Notes: generated from the letters alone by a model not told the origin. 64,000 nt of DNA from Camelus dromedarius (GCF_036321535.1 NC_087436.1:68574001-68638000); one strand, 5' to 3'. Shown: positions 24,601 to 39,600, counted from the first letter of the stretch. Program-made: numbers and translations.

Positions 24601-27600
24601 TTGTTCTCAGTTAAGTTACTATTTATTTCTGAAAAGCTTCCTGAAAGAAAGAGTAGACATTTCAGGTCAGTGAAATTAATTTCATAGTAATTAAATGAAA
24701 AAGTTTAGACTTTTTCTTATTGTTTTATAATGTATACTTGCCTTGTGGTTAAAATATTTTTCAAACTTTAATCTTGCTAATTCTACACACTGGGACCAAT
24801 TTCGAGGTCTTCTGCTGAGTAACTTAATAACTTGAAAACAGCCTTCTAAACTGTGTCCAGATTGTATCTTCTAGAATGAGAGAAAAACCAAAACAAAACA
24901 AATACATGTCCAATTAATCATATAAACACACACACACATTCCCAGGAAGAGTTAGCCAAAGTCTCAAGTGTCAGCGCATGTGTCTCGTGATTTAATTTTT
25001 TTACCTTAAGAAACTTGTCCCTATCTTTCTCTCTACCCTTTTTTTTTTTTGGAGGGGGAATGGGAAAAGACAACATGTGAAATTTTAACTCTAAGTTTCG
25101 TGTCTCACAAGTTATCCTCATGTCTTGCTAGCTATAAGTTATTAGTACATTATAAGTACTTAATATAAGAAGTGCTATGAGCAATATTTCATACTAAAAA
25201 GTTACCCTTTTTTAGTGTAGGACAGGAAAATATGAAAATAGCTTTGAAGTTGCCCTCACCATGAAAGTAATAAATTGGAGACTACTGTCCACTCATGAAA
25301 TTCTCACTAGAACTTGGTTTTCCCAAAGATCTTAATAATCTGTTTTATTATTTGTAGCTGTCTGATCATTATTACCACATCCTTATTAGGTTGAACCATA
25401 TGAATTGCTGTTCTGTGAGTCTAACATAGTCAAATATTGGCAATTCCACATAGTTCAACCAAACTAAAAAAAAGAAGGGTCATTTGTGACCTGCTCATTA
25501 ATTTCAAGATTCCTCATACACTTACTATATACAATAATAATGTTATACTCTCTGTTTAAGGAAGTAAAATAAACTATAGGCAACTTGAAAATAAGATTAC
25601 CCTGACATAAAATGTTGAGTTTATATTAAAATGTATTGATTTTTACCTGTAAGACTTCTTCTGCAGATTGATAGGTTTGCCAAAATTTGTTAAATAATGA
25701 AGGCTTGTAGGAAAAGGAACTTTCAAACTATAAAGGAAAAGAGGAAAAAAAATTACAAATAGAAGTCTGTTTAGAAGTTGGAAATATTGTCTTTTCTACT
25801 TCAAAGAAAAATTTCTTTAAAAAAACTTTATTACCTTATCTCTTGCCCACTGTATAGTGTGTTCGATAGCAGCAGGAAAGGATTTTAGGGTACAAAATGG
25901 TATTTCCTCTTCTGAGGGATCCCGCTAATTTATAAAATATGACAATAATAAAGAGAAGCAATGACAATTTTTTAAGGATTGAATTTACTTAAGTGTTTTA
26001 AGACTATGAAAAAATAAAATTCAAAAATAAAATAAATCCAACATTTTTTTAATATTCTATCTCCTAGGCATTAAGAGGAAAAGCTGATTCTTCTGACATT
26101 TAACCCACTTGTTATAGCAATGAATTCTATTAACACTTATTATCTGTGTACTCCTTTGGTACCATGTAGTACTCATAACAAACTACCATATATAATTAAG
26201 TTTTTTTTTCCTCCAAGAATCAAGGTGACATTTAAAAATTTACAACACTCCTTACTTTGAAAAGTAATTCAAGAATTCCCAATTAGATGCTCAGCATACC
26301 GTAAGTTTCTCTCTCCATGGAGAAAAAATATTTCGAAGCAGGAATCATATGTTCTTGATGCTTGGTACAGTTTCTTGCACAAAGTGCGTATTAAATAAAT
26401 GGCAAATGTCTGTATTATGCCATGTGAAAAATTATCATTGAAGAATCTATATTCTATTAAAGGGTACATTTAGTCTTATTGGTTTACCCAATCTAAAACA
26501 ACTCACTTTGTCTCTACATAAGAGATTTGTATTTTAGTTTGTCGATCTATAAATATCATGAAATACTTTAGAAACCAAAGAGGAAAGCCAGAAGAGTATT
26601 CAATTCTGACTTTCCTGAGTATGAAGTCTGAGAATATAAATACAAGAGGTTTAGGAAAGATGTGGTAGAATGAGAGAATCAAGGGAACTTTTAGAATTTT
26701 ATAACATACTCTACTTTGAAAATCTTTCAGTATGGCCCCAGCATATTATGATTTTCTCCACCTAATTTCCTTCAAATTAAACTGATCAATTTTGTCTACT
26801 ATAATGTTTTTGCTATATAAATTTCTGATTTCATGACAGTAAAGGAGAAAACATATTTTACAAAAATTTTAAAAATATACTAAAACAAACATGGCCATTA
26901 AATAAAGGGACACATGCTTATAAAATAATATTCTTCTCTTAATTTTACAACTTGGGTTGACTTTTTTTAAATCCTAAGGCCTACAATTATTTCCTAGACC
27001 AGTGGTTTTCAACTCTGGCAATATCGCAAAATCACTTGTGGAGGTTAAAAAAAGCTATATCTACATCATTTATATAAAATATATGTATATAAATGGCTTG
27101 GTCCCTCCTATAGAGAAACTGAGTCTTCAGTAAGATTTTGAGTGGGTCACCAGTTCAAAAGTTGTTAGAAAACTAATCAAGTAGCTCTGAGAAATAAACA
27201 GTAAACATAAGAATAAGATTCCAGAAAGACCAGAAACAAAATTCTGATGATTAATATAAGTAAGTTCAGCTACACTACAAAGAGTGTCCATGCACATATG
27301 CAGACATCATTGGCAGATCAAAAACAAAAGGGATTAAAGACACTAAACCAAATTTCCTGACTGATGAATTGGATAAACCATGAAACATAAAAATTATGAG
27401 ATATAAAGAAGAGACATCTACTAATTTAAAAAACTGGTTCACTTACATGACTATTATAGGATTCAGTTAAATGAGGTACAATAACTTCAGTGTGTCCCTT
27501 AGTGCCCATTGTTCCAGAATCTAAGAGGGGCCGTAGATTTGCTAAGCAACGGCTATTTGAAAAGAAAATAGATTACAAACATAAAAGTGAGCAACAACAA

Positions 27601-30600
27601 TGTAAGCAGAGGACATCTTATCATTCTCTACTGATCATTTCACAGGTTGATCACTTCTTGAATGTAATATTTTAGGAAACAGATACATTACCACCAAACA
27701 ATCTATTATTTCCACCCCCCTCCTCCCAAATTCTGTTGGTCAACCTAGCAATTTTAGTCTCTACCTTCTATTACTACTCCAACCAAATTTTGAGTTTCAA
27801 CTTTTTTTCCTCTCAGTTAACTCTTAATTAATGTGTTACCCTTTCTTCTCTTGCTTTCTATTTCTTCTTTGGTTATTTTTTGACTATAAGCTCTATCTCA
27901 CTGTATCTTTTCAATGTTTTCTCTATCCCAAACCTTCTTTCTCAATACTTAAAATATCTATATTCTACACACTTCAATTTCTTAAAGTTTCTTTTTGCCT
28001 TCCTCTGCCCAAGCTTACAAATTTTCTACTGCATTCTCAACTGGTAAATTTTCCTGTTAATAAATCTGCTCTAGTACTCTAGCATTAAAGGTCATATAAA
28101 GAAATAAGAAAGATTATGTAAAGTGTATATATGATAGTCATTTATTTATCTACTTATTTAACAAATATTTACTGAATGACATCCTGTGTTGGGCACTTGA
28201 GGATACAGTGATGGGAAAATAAACAATCCCTGAATAAATGATATAATGAGGGAACAAACTTAAGCCTGTTTGAATAAAGACAGTCAGGCTGAAATTGAAA
28301 GAATGAGGGAAAAAAAGCTAAAAGAGGTGAAGAGCAAGTAGGCAGACTTGGGGTCAGGAGTTTTAAAATAAGAAAAATAAAATTTCCTGAGACTGAAGGA
28401 GAGTATGTGCAAGTACTTGAGGTGAAAAATTAATGGATGCCCCCTGTAAGAACTGAAAGAAAAGAATGTGTAGAAAGAATAAGGGGAGCCAGGGAGATAC
28501 AGTAAATTTTAAGCTCGAGTGGTGGACAGGTAGCAGATACTCTATGAAAACCATTTAGGCCATGATAAAGATTTTAAATTTTATTCTAGGTGTAATGAGA
28601 AACCATCAAATGGTTTGGGTTCGAGGAGAACTGTAATAAAAACATAAAGAATTATCAGAAAATTCAGTTAACTTTTCAATAAACAGGTATGGGAGATGAA
28701 GTGAAACAAGAGAGAGACAATTTCTACGAACCTGAATTTCAAGAACATACCTGTCTACATATCTCCTGGCTTCCACATTATCTAATGCTGTAATAATTAT
28801 ATCTTGCTTAGTATAGAACTCATCATTGTAAATCGCCTCAGTGGCTGGACATACTTTGTTCAAGTGTGCATCTATTTTTAACTGAGGATTTATTTTCAGG
28901 GTTGTATCAGCAGCAGTATAGCTTTTAGGTTTCTAAACAAATAATATTTAAAAACAGAAGAAATGAATATTAAACAGGATAAATATAGGCCATGATTGAA
29001 CTTAACACATTTTATGCTTGAAGAGTAATGTAATGAGACCACTTTTCATTTTTAGTTTGTGGAAATTACATTCATTGTGGTCATGCTACATTTAATAATC
29101 CACATTAGCTTGAGTAATTCACACATTATTAATAAAACCTAAACAACCCCTTTTATAGCTAAGTGCTTTAGAATTCTTAAAATATTAGTTAAAGTCTAAT
29201 TAAAAGTACATTTTTCCTTAGTAGTGAGGTTTGAATTGGATGTGTGCCTAGATAAAAAATAAGAACACATTCAGTAAAATATTAGAAATCCAAGCTCTAC
29301 AGAAGATGAACTCTCAGAGGTATGGTAATTTAATACTTTGGTACTAAAATCTCTTCAAAATTTTACCATTTTTAGATGGAAATATTTTAAAAATTATTAT
29401 TATATATTTTAGTTTTAAAAAGAGTACTCTTTCTTTTCTTAAAGATTTAGTGATCATTATTAAACCAATGGTGTCATTTCAAGCAGTATCAAAGTTCATT
29501 TGAGAGTACTGGCTCTGACAGTAAATATCTATAGACCATTCTGTTTAAATTCATGCATCTAGTTTAATGGTATCTGTCTCTTCTCATACTGTTAGGCTGA
29601 TGTGTTTTTACTTCTCAGTGCTATTAGCATACATACAAATTGTAAACTTCGTTAGACGTTAAAACAAACAGGCCATAATAGTTCTTCTGTACATAAAATG
29701 CATAAAGTTCAGTGAATTAATCTTGTGACATAAATTAGCTTCATGAGAGACCCTGTTACTTAGTTCGTTATATTTGAATTGGTAAGACTGTTAGGTTAAC
29801 TATGTCACTATATAACTACATAAAAGTATGCTTTAATTACTTTCTGTTCATGACACTTCTAAGTTTAGTTTACTAAGATTATTAATGTTATAGAATAAAA
29901 TGAAAAACATTTCCAAAGTAAACGCAAATTTGCTTGACTGACTAAACTGTTTTTCCTGACTTAAATATTTTGATCTCTATATAAAAGAGTAAAACAAATA
30001 TTACTTTATAATAAAAAGGGATGTTAAATAATTAAAAAAGATCAAAAGAGCAAAATGTTCTAACTGCTAACCTTTACTTGTTTTGTAATAAAGATGGAAA
30101 ATAAGAGTGTCGAATTTGTCATCCATAAACACTTCGTATTAGGGAAACTGTTTCTATATCATTAGATGTTTCTAAGATTAAATACATAGACAAATCCTGA
30201 TTATAAAATGAAAAAACATGCCCATTATTGCCCATGATTCACAACTCAGATTTTAATATGCAAAAGTAATATTTATATAAAAATTATATATTTTCCCTAT
30301 TGTCATTCCCACTATTTGATAATTTGAGAGATTCTAATAAAATAAAGAACACTTTATGCTTGTTCAAGCACCATTTTCTATTTATAAAAAGGAAATTCCC
30401 TTTTTTTTGTATAATATAATAGATGATTTAAATTTGAAACAGTGTAACAACACACCTGTATGTGATGAGGACGAAACAGGAACTGTCTATTCAAGTTGGA
30501 TTTTTCTATCAAGTCAGGATCTGTTACTGTAACCTAATACAAGAAAAAAAAAAAAGATGAAAGTACTTAAGAAATAAATTTAAATCTACTTTGCTTTTCT

Positions 30601-33600
30601 GTGAATGACTAAAACAACTCCCACAAGTTATTCTAAATTATTTTGCCTGGTAAAAGTTATAAGAAAACAAATAATCCAAAACTGGTTACAAATACTACTC
30701 TTTTTATACTTACATTTAATGATAATTAATGTTTAGCATAGGAACATGTTAAACAAATCATTTGAAACCAAACTGCAATTCATGTTCAAAACTTTTTCTA
30801 ACTATCATAACAAAACTGAGGCTAAACATCACTATCATTTTGGAAACATGCTAACAGAATAGCCATAGAAGACAGCTCTTCTTTCTGTACATATTTATTC
30901 TCAATTTTAACCAATTTCCATGTTTCTATTTGAAAGAAACTCTTGCGAAAGCAAAGGTCTACAAACTACAGTGTAGGCAGGCTTCTGGTTTTTGTAAATA
31001 AATATTACTGGAACACCTGTGATGCCATTTGTTTAAGTATTGTTTATGACTGTTTTCAAGCTACAATGGCAGAGCTGACTAGTTGTGACAAACTTAACAG
31101 TATTTAGGCTTACAACAGCTGCAGTCTGGTCCTTTTGAAAAAGTTTGCAGACCCCCATTCTAAAGGATGCAAGATAAAAGTAAACAGATGCAAGATAATC
31201 TAAAAAGTATTCACAATGCATTTGCCACTTAAGCTAGTATTTGTGATTTCACTAGGAGCAGTATTTCTCAGTGTGTTCTAGTTGTTAGATGTTGATGTTC
31301 AGAGACACATTCACTTTTTTTTTAAGCTGGCATTTCGTGTGTGTGTGTGTGTGTGTGTGTGTCACGTTCACTTTTTTTAACCTGGCATTTCCCTCGTTGT
31401 GTGTGTGTGTGTGTCACATTCACTTTTTTTTAAGCTGGCATTTCCCTGGTGTGTCTGTGTGTGTGTATTTGTTTTCAATAGTTCTATGTAATTATGTTTA
31501 GAGGGTGTCTCTTAAAAGGGGAAAAAAAGCACAGAAAATGTGTTTTAACAGAAAGCTTAATTAGTATCTAATTATTGTGATAACTGATAAAAGGCTTTTC
31601 TTCCACCTCCCTCCACCCCACTTTTTATCCACTCCCATTTTTTTTTTTTTTTTTCTGTCTTCTACTGGATTGGTCAAGTTTTCTTGGTTTTAATCCTCCC
31701 TCAACCTCCTGCCAACCCCTCACTGAACTGGTTTGGAAGTTAAACCTCTACTTTTATGTGGTCATTCTCAAAACTTTAACAAGTACATGATCTAAAATTA
31801 AAAATCTTTATCTTCCTCCTGAACAATTAAGAGAATATTTGAACTTTCCCTTCTATTTTCCATGATATCAAACAACACTTAATTTTTAACTATCTCACCC
31901 CCAAATTGGTCAACATTTTAATTAAAGGTTTTAAAAATCAACACTTATTTAAATTTAAGAATGTTGACAAATGCCTCTACTTACCCTGCTTCACACACTG
32001 CCCATGTTATTAATCCACAGTTCTTTCAATGACAACAAGTAAGTGGTAATCTTTCATCATTTTACTTGTCAGTTATCTTTATTTCTCTTGAAAGATAATT
32101 TAGCTAGGTATAGAAATCTAGGTTGATAATCCCTTGCACTATGAAGAAATATGCTTCTTTATCTTCAGGTGTGCATTTACTGATGATGAGAAGTCTGTTA
32201 GTAATCTCTCTTTTTATCTTTGCCTTTGCCTTTGATTTGTTTGGTATTAGTTTACCTTTTCAATTTGAACAACTTGTCTCTTCAACTCTGGAAACTTGTT
32301 ATTATCCTTGGAATATATTACTTCTTTTCTATTATTTTTATTTTCTCTGGAAATTCTACTACACTTAAGTTGGACCATGCAAATGCATCTTCTTTCATTA
32401 AAAAAAGAATCTTTGTACATTACATTCTGGGTATTTTTATTTATCTTCTGTTCGTCAATTCTCACTTCAGCTGTATTTTAATTTTAGGTTCACTGACTAC
32501 ATAGAAATTCTTCCTTGGCTTGTTGTTAAAATTTCAGTGCATTTTCCCCCCTCATGTTTCTATTCTTTTTTCTATACCTTTGTTCATTTTAACTTTAAAC
32601 TTTATTTGTTCTATTATCCATAGTATTCCTATCATCTGTACGCTCTTAGAGAGTTAATTCTTCAATTTTCATCGGCTGGTTCTTTGAGGTGGTACCTTTT
32701 TATTAGTAGACTGTCATTTTTCATTGTGAATTGTCTTGAATGGATATTGATTTCTCTGCATAGTCCTGTGTACTCTCGGTGTGTAAGTATCACCATGATG
32801 CAGTTTTGCATTTGTTTAAATCAGAGCTCTAAAGGTTTTTTCAGTGGTCCTAAATTTGTTACACTCATTTCTCTGCTTAAAGTTTTCATATGATATAATT
32901 ATATGGACCCCATGCATCAGTGTGGCACATGCTCTTGGTTACAATTTCTCACAAATGACTTCCCTTTTTAGCTAATGTTTTGGATATATATTCAAGCTAG
33001 AAACACTTGTGAGTTACCACAACTTTTGGCTCAGGAATTAACTTACCTCTTGGATCCTGGAACCTAGGGATTTCTCTTTCCTCCACTCTAATTAGTTGGC
33101 TACATATGTGAACACTTTAAAAAAGAATAATTTATATAGCAAGACCATGTATTTGTAGTAGGATTAGAGATCTGTCCACATTAACTCACCTTGTTTTGTT
33201 ACCTGAAATAAGTAGGTTTGTCTACTATGGTTCTTTTTCTGACCTCTATTTGCTGATATGCATTATAAATTTCTAAGTAATAAAGTATTTAGATGATACC
33301 CAAACTTGTGTAACCAACGAGTTTTTCTTTTAGAAATACCTTTTAAAACTCCCAGAACTAATAGTGGCTTGTGACACAATTTAGGAAATGTTGAGTAGGA
33401 ATAATATAATGTAGGACATCTGCCTATAACTGTGATACCAACAAATACCCTTTTTGAGTGGAATACTAAGCCAAGTGTAAAAAACTATAAAATGTAAACT
33501 ATTACATAAATTTTACTAATTTAATTACTATTAGTCACTATAATAAATCTATGAAATCACTACTGTAGTTTACATCTTAAAGGCAAACAGCATCAATAAA

Positions 33601-36600
33601 ACATTTTTATTTAAATATACGATGTGGCTTCCTAATTAGCTCACATTTATTGTCTTAAGAATTTAAACTATACTCATATTATTCACTCTTCTTTTGATTA
33701 TCACCAATTGAAACAATATCTGAGTTCTCTGCTACCATCTAATGTTAGTTTCTCCCATCTTAAACATTTACTTAGTAATAAATAAGTAGTATCTAATAGA
33801 AATAACAACAATATTATTGTGTTTATACTTACAAAGCCCTCTCATCACATTTGATCTTCATAATTACATTATAAGAGAAGCAGTAGAGACATCAGTTTTA
33901 CAGTACTAGAGAAAGAAACTGAGGAGCAGAAAATTCAAGTAATTTGACACAAGGTCACAGAGTCAGTATCTTCCAATTTCTAGCTTAATGCTCTAGCCTC
34001 AAAAATCAATACTTTAGATCCATGCAGTCAAATATGGTTGAGAAGCCACAGAAATCTAAACTTATAACTCTCAAGGATTTAGAGCTTACCATTCCCTTCT
34101 CTTTGCCTGTGCCAACACCAAGCAATGCAAAATTTTTTAACATTTCACAGCCTATGGCTCCACATCCTACCTATGGAGAAGAAAAATAAAGTGTATCAGA
34201 TTAAATAAAACGAAAACTTCTACTTACAGAATAGCAATTTCATCTTAATTTTCTTCAAATGTTAAGTTGTAATAAATGCATACTTAAAAAATAATTTAAA
34301 CATTTATGACTAATTTTACTTTAAAATATTTAATGATTTATGATGCCATTTTAAGTGTTATAGAAGGAAAAGCATAATACAATTCCTTTAAACAGAAGAC
34401 ATTCTAATATACTAAACAAATGCCAAAGATTGATCTCATTTTTTATATAAGTTGGAAACAAACAGAACAAAACAGCGCAACACTTTAATGGAAAAGATTA
34501 TTTATTTATAAACAATTTTCTAAACTTATTTGGTGAATATAACTATTCTAATACTTTTAAGTAAAAACTAATGGATTCTATATGTATGTAAAAGCTCAGC
34601 GATAACTGATTTTCAAAATATTATTTTAAAAATGAATATTAAAAATCAGCAGTAGTTTAAGGATTGATTATAATTTAAAAAAGTAAGTGTCAAGAAAAGA
34701 AGTTTTATGCTATTGGGGAGAGCTTCCCTGTCAATGCACTAAGACATTCAAGAAAGACAGATCCATCTATATATTCCTTTATTTGGTAACAAAAAATAAA
34801 CCCCTCCATTCACAATTTTTAATATATTTCTAGAAAATCATTTAATGTTCAAAACTATTATACTCATTTTTTACTTTTACATGTATTCTTTTTTGCTTTT
34901 TTGGGGGTAATTAGGTTTTTAAAAAAAAATTTTTTTTAATGGAAGTAGTGGGTATTGAACCTAGGACCTTGTGCATGTTAAGCATGTGCTCTACCACTGA
35001 GCTGTACCCCCTTCCCCCAACCTCCATATTAATTCTTTAGATGATGGGTTGGCAAAATTTTTCTGTAAAGGGCTAGACAGTAAATGTTTTTGGTTCTGTA
35101 GGCCATATGGTATTTGTCACAACTACTCGACCCCACCATTATAGTACAAAAGAAGCCACAGACAATATATAAATAAATGGGCCTGGCTGTGTTGCAGTGA
35201 AACTTTATTTATAAAAACAGGCAGCAGGATGGATTTGGTCTCCAAGCCACAGTCTGCAAACTCCTGTTTTAAATATTTTCTGAATGTATACTCTGTTAGT
35301 TAGAAACTGTACTAAAATTTCCTTTAATAAATTAATTTGATATACAATAGCAGTTTGTACCATTTATTCTCATCATTATTCCTACTTACTAAAAAGATAT
35401 TCAAATTCTGTAGCTTCCGACACAAAGTGTCTCCAATGCAGGCTCGTAATGCATCGTATCTATCTCCTCTGTAGAAAACAACACATACCAAGAAAATAGA
35501 AAGGCATAAAAAAAAATTAGTTTCATTAATGTTAGTACCAATTTAATATTGTACTTAGAATACTCCAAACCAAAGGATAAATTATCTTATTTGGAAGAGA
35601 AAAGACTGTTTTCTTTTTTCCATTTGACTTAACAACCTAAGTCCAAATGGCTTAAGTGAAAGTGACCTTAGTTTATCTAGAAAAAACTTTTTAAGGCAGG
35701 GATTTTTAATAAAGGTTTGTAGATAAGTCTATAGATGGGCTTTGGAGTTGTTAACTCACTTAAACTGAAGGCAGAACTATGGGTTATGTGTATTTTGGGG
35801 AGAATGAATCCATAAGCTTTCATCAGATTCTCAAAGAGATTTGTGACCCAAAAAGGTGAAGAATGATTGATATAAATAAATAAAAGCTTCAAGTAGCAAC
35901 TGTTTTCATCTAAAATCAGAATGGTGTTTTGAAAGCAAACCATTCTTATCAAATACAACTTAAAAGTTTTATACTCATTTATAAAGTGGCAAAGATACTG
36001 CATTATTATGACACTTGACCTCCAAGTAGAGAAGAAATGACTGCAGAGGTGAGTTGGAAGAAAAGATATCTAAAATAAATGCATATTTGAACAAAAACTT
36101 TTAATCTGGTTGCCTCTTATAAACATACAACCAAGAAAAAAGCAACAAAAATGTCAGTATTACCGTGGGAGAAATTCTTCACGCTCAGGTTTGCCTAGGG
36201 ATTCGACAATATCTGCTGCTTCAATATATAACTTAAAGTAGAAGATAAAAACACAACTTATTATGTAGAAAACTTAAATTGCTACAAAAAGTAATTCTCT
36301 TCTGTAGTTATTTAATACTCATTAAAGAAAACAATAAAAAAAAGTCAATTCAGAGTAAAGTAATAGACTAAAACACAGAATTGTTTTTTATACAATATAC
36401 ATTCCTTATATTCTTTCATTGAAACATTAAATCTGGAGGAACTGTAAAAAGATATAATTTGGTTCATGTCACTTAGCCATCTTAAAGATGATACATTCTA
36501 ATTTTAACAAATGAAAGGAAATTTCACCTCCAAATCTGTTTCTTATAACTACTTAAAAACTCTGGAAGGTTTGTTCAATGTCACCTACATTTGAGTAAAT

Positions 36601-39600
36601 AATTGATTACGTTTGATAAGAAAATACTTAGTCTCTATTTACTATATGTCATTTATAATTATATATATTTTATACTACAGAGGAAACGGTCTAGGAAGCC
36701 ATAATTTCAGCATTTACAAAAATATCAAACAGAATTAGTTCAAGTTAATGAGAAAAAACTGTTGAGTCTCATTCTCATTTTCATTTTAAGTAACTTATAT
36801 GGCTAAATCTGAACATGAGAATAAATGGTTATTTATTTGACAACACAGAATCTGTATTAATAACCTAATTCATATTTGCAATGCTGTTAATAGTTATATC
36901 TAAAACCAGACTTTTGTACTCTGTTAAAATAAACCAAATGATTCTGCAGCAAAATAGCATTATTAAATCTATAATAAATTTAATTATAAATTTCATAAAT
37001 TTTAATTATTAAAATTAACTTTTTAAAACACAAAAAACAAGATAGTGTCCTTTGATAAATGCTGCCAATTATTCCTTCTGTTAATAGAAGTAAGGGTTTT
37101 TCCCCTACATAGTTGCCAAACTTTTACCATTCCTATGCTTTCTACCTTTATAAGTTTATACCTAGAAACTAGGGAATGTGAAGATTTATGATGCCAAAAG
37201 ATTACACAGAACAGTTCAAGAGTCCTGAAAGCTCATGACTGCTACATAGTAGCAGAACTAAATCTAAGGATAGAAAATTCATTTTTCCTCTCATAAATAC
37301 ATCCTCGAATGCAACTCTAGGTTATACCCGACAGCCTCAACAAATGATCCTGCCAGTTTTAATTGTAGAATTAAGTTTCGGTGGCATATCACATCTAACT
37401 CATGCATCAAAAAATATTTTAAGGTTGTCTTTCATAACATATTAATACTGTAAGTCATAACAGATATTCATTATATTGGTAGATAATTCAACTTTAAGTA
37501 TAAAAAAATATAAAAACAGAGCACTAACCCATTGGCACAAAGGAGAAAACTTTCCTGTCACAGCTTTCAATACTTCTTGGCTGGCAACACCTCCTACTGC
37601 TGCAGCAAGTGGGGGTAAAAAGCCTCGGGCAGTCCAAGAGAGCCAACGCACAATGTCAGTATTTACTTCCGGCTGAAACACAAGCCAGGAAAGACAATAA
37701 TCTTTAGAGTATCCACATGGTATTGAGTTAATGTGAGAATAATTATAGCTTAACTTTTAAAAAAGGTATTCAATTTCCCTACTAAATAGTTTTTAAGTCC
37801 TAAAAGAGTCCCAGTCTCATAATAAAAGATCCAACTGCATGTTAGTTACCCTAAGCAGTATTTTTCTTTACCAGTACCTCCCCTATTTTCACTTTTTGAC
37901 TCTTTGTTGTTATACTAGGGCACAATTTATAATTAATTGGATTATCTACCATTTATAGTTCTTGTTAAAAAACAGTTCTGTGACATCAGTCAATATTTAC
38001 AAACAACTAGAATTTTTAAAAACATGTTTTAATATAGAAAAACCTTTAACCTAGGTAAATAAAAATAAAATGAGCCATAAAAAGTGATAAGGAAGCAATC
38101 ATTCGTGCTTGAAGTGATAAATAAAAAGTAAAACTGTAAAAATGAGTTAATATATTGTTAGAAAAGGCAGTTTAGGAAAAAAGAGTAATGGCAGTTTTAC
38201 ATACTAATCTAATCTAAGAGCCAATCATCACAAAGTTTTCATTAGCATACTTAAAACCTGAAATGATGTTTCTCAAAGTAAAATTTATTAGTATTTTTAA
38301 GGAAACAATAGAGAACTGAATTTTGTAGTTATTACTTTAGCACAATTTCTTATTTGGGACAAAGATCTCTTCATGAGCTATGGTTTCTCTTTCTCTGCCT
38401 ATACTTTTGATATCAGTAACTATAATCTCAATCTAGGATCCAAGTAGGGCTCAATTAATCTGAAATCCTATGTAAAATAACAGTACTTGTGCATGTAGGG
38501 AGGAAGAACGAAGGCTTTTATTACATAATCAAAGATCTATGATACAGAAAGAGGTTAATATCTACTCACTAGCCTACCCACTCCATTTCAATTTTTCTAT
38601 ATCTCATTATTTTACAACTATTTAGCACTAAATGCACCTTGGATTACAATTTCATAAACTGTGCCATTTTTGAAGGCAGAGATATTGCTGGTAGTGATAA
38701 TATTAAAAACAATGACAAGAATGCTAATAGAAGCAGGTAATTTGAACATTTACTCTGAGTTGTATATTAAGTCCAAATGTAATCTTCAAAATAATCCTCA
38801 GAAATATAATTTCTATCATACAAATTAGAAAGCTAAAACTTTGAAAGATTAAGTAATTTATTTAAAATTTTACTGCTAATAAGTGGGGAAGCCAGAATCT
38901 GAACACAGAAAGTCCAACTCCCCAGCTCTATTCTTACCATTAGGTACACCATCTCTCAAGATTCTATATTTTTTTAATAAACAAAATCCAAGTCCGGGAA
39001 TTTTTCATTATCCTGGGATAATGACTATGGCTTAAACCTGAACTTCCTCACACAGTCTCCAAAACTGATACATATCCACAAAAAGAGAAATAAACCAGTG
39101 GCAGGGCTTCAGCATTACTAAGAAACAGAATATTATGAACTTCAAATTACTTATAAATAAAAAAACAAACACCAAACCCCAAATGAACTATTTCTGGACT
39201 TCATATTGCTGTAAGCCTACACAGAGAACAGGAAGCATGTAAACACAGAAAAGACAATGAAAAGCCTAACGTGACAAAGCAGTCAGAATCATCCTGAGAA
39301 AACAGAAGGTCCCACATGAAGTGCAAAAATACTGAACATGTATGAAATCCGGCAGATCTCAACAATGGCTATGGTGAAAGGACTGCTCTGGGAGATAATG
39401 ATGTAAACAGAAAGGGGGAGATATTCTTTGACAGGGAAGACTGAAAAAGGAAGTAAGAGAGGAAGTTAAGTAGGATTTGGCAGAAATCAAAAAGATCAAT
39501 AAGATATACCAACACCTATGCACCAAAAATATTAAAAAAAATTTTTTTAAATCATTTATTAAAGACACTCCTTTTTCAGTATCCTGAGAGAAGAGGAAGA

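Noticed and set aside
31306..31466. Repeat-spacer (CRISPR-like) appearance
   Set aside because: Eukaryotic intron; the apparent spacers are (TG)n tracts and there are no cas genes.
37476..37676. Plus-strand ORFs antisense to UBA6 exons (also 23105..23344 and 27490..27675)
   Set aside because: Shadow ORFs caused by the GC content and codon structure of real exons on the opposite strand.
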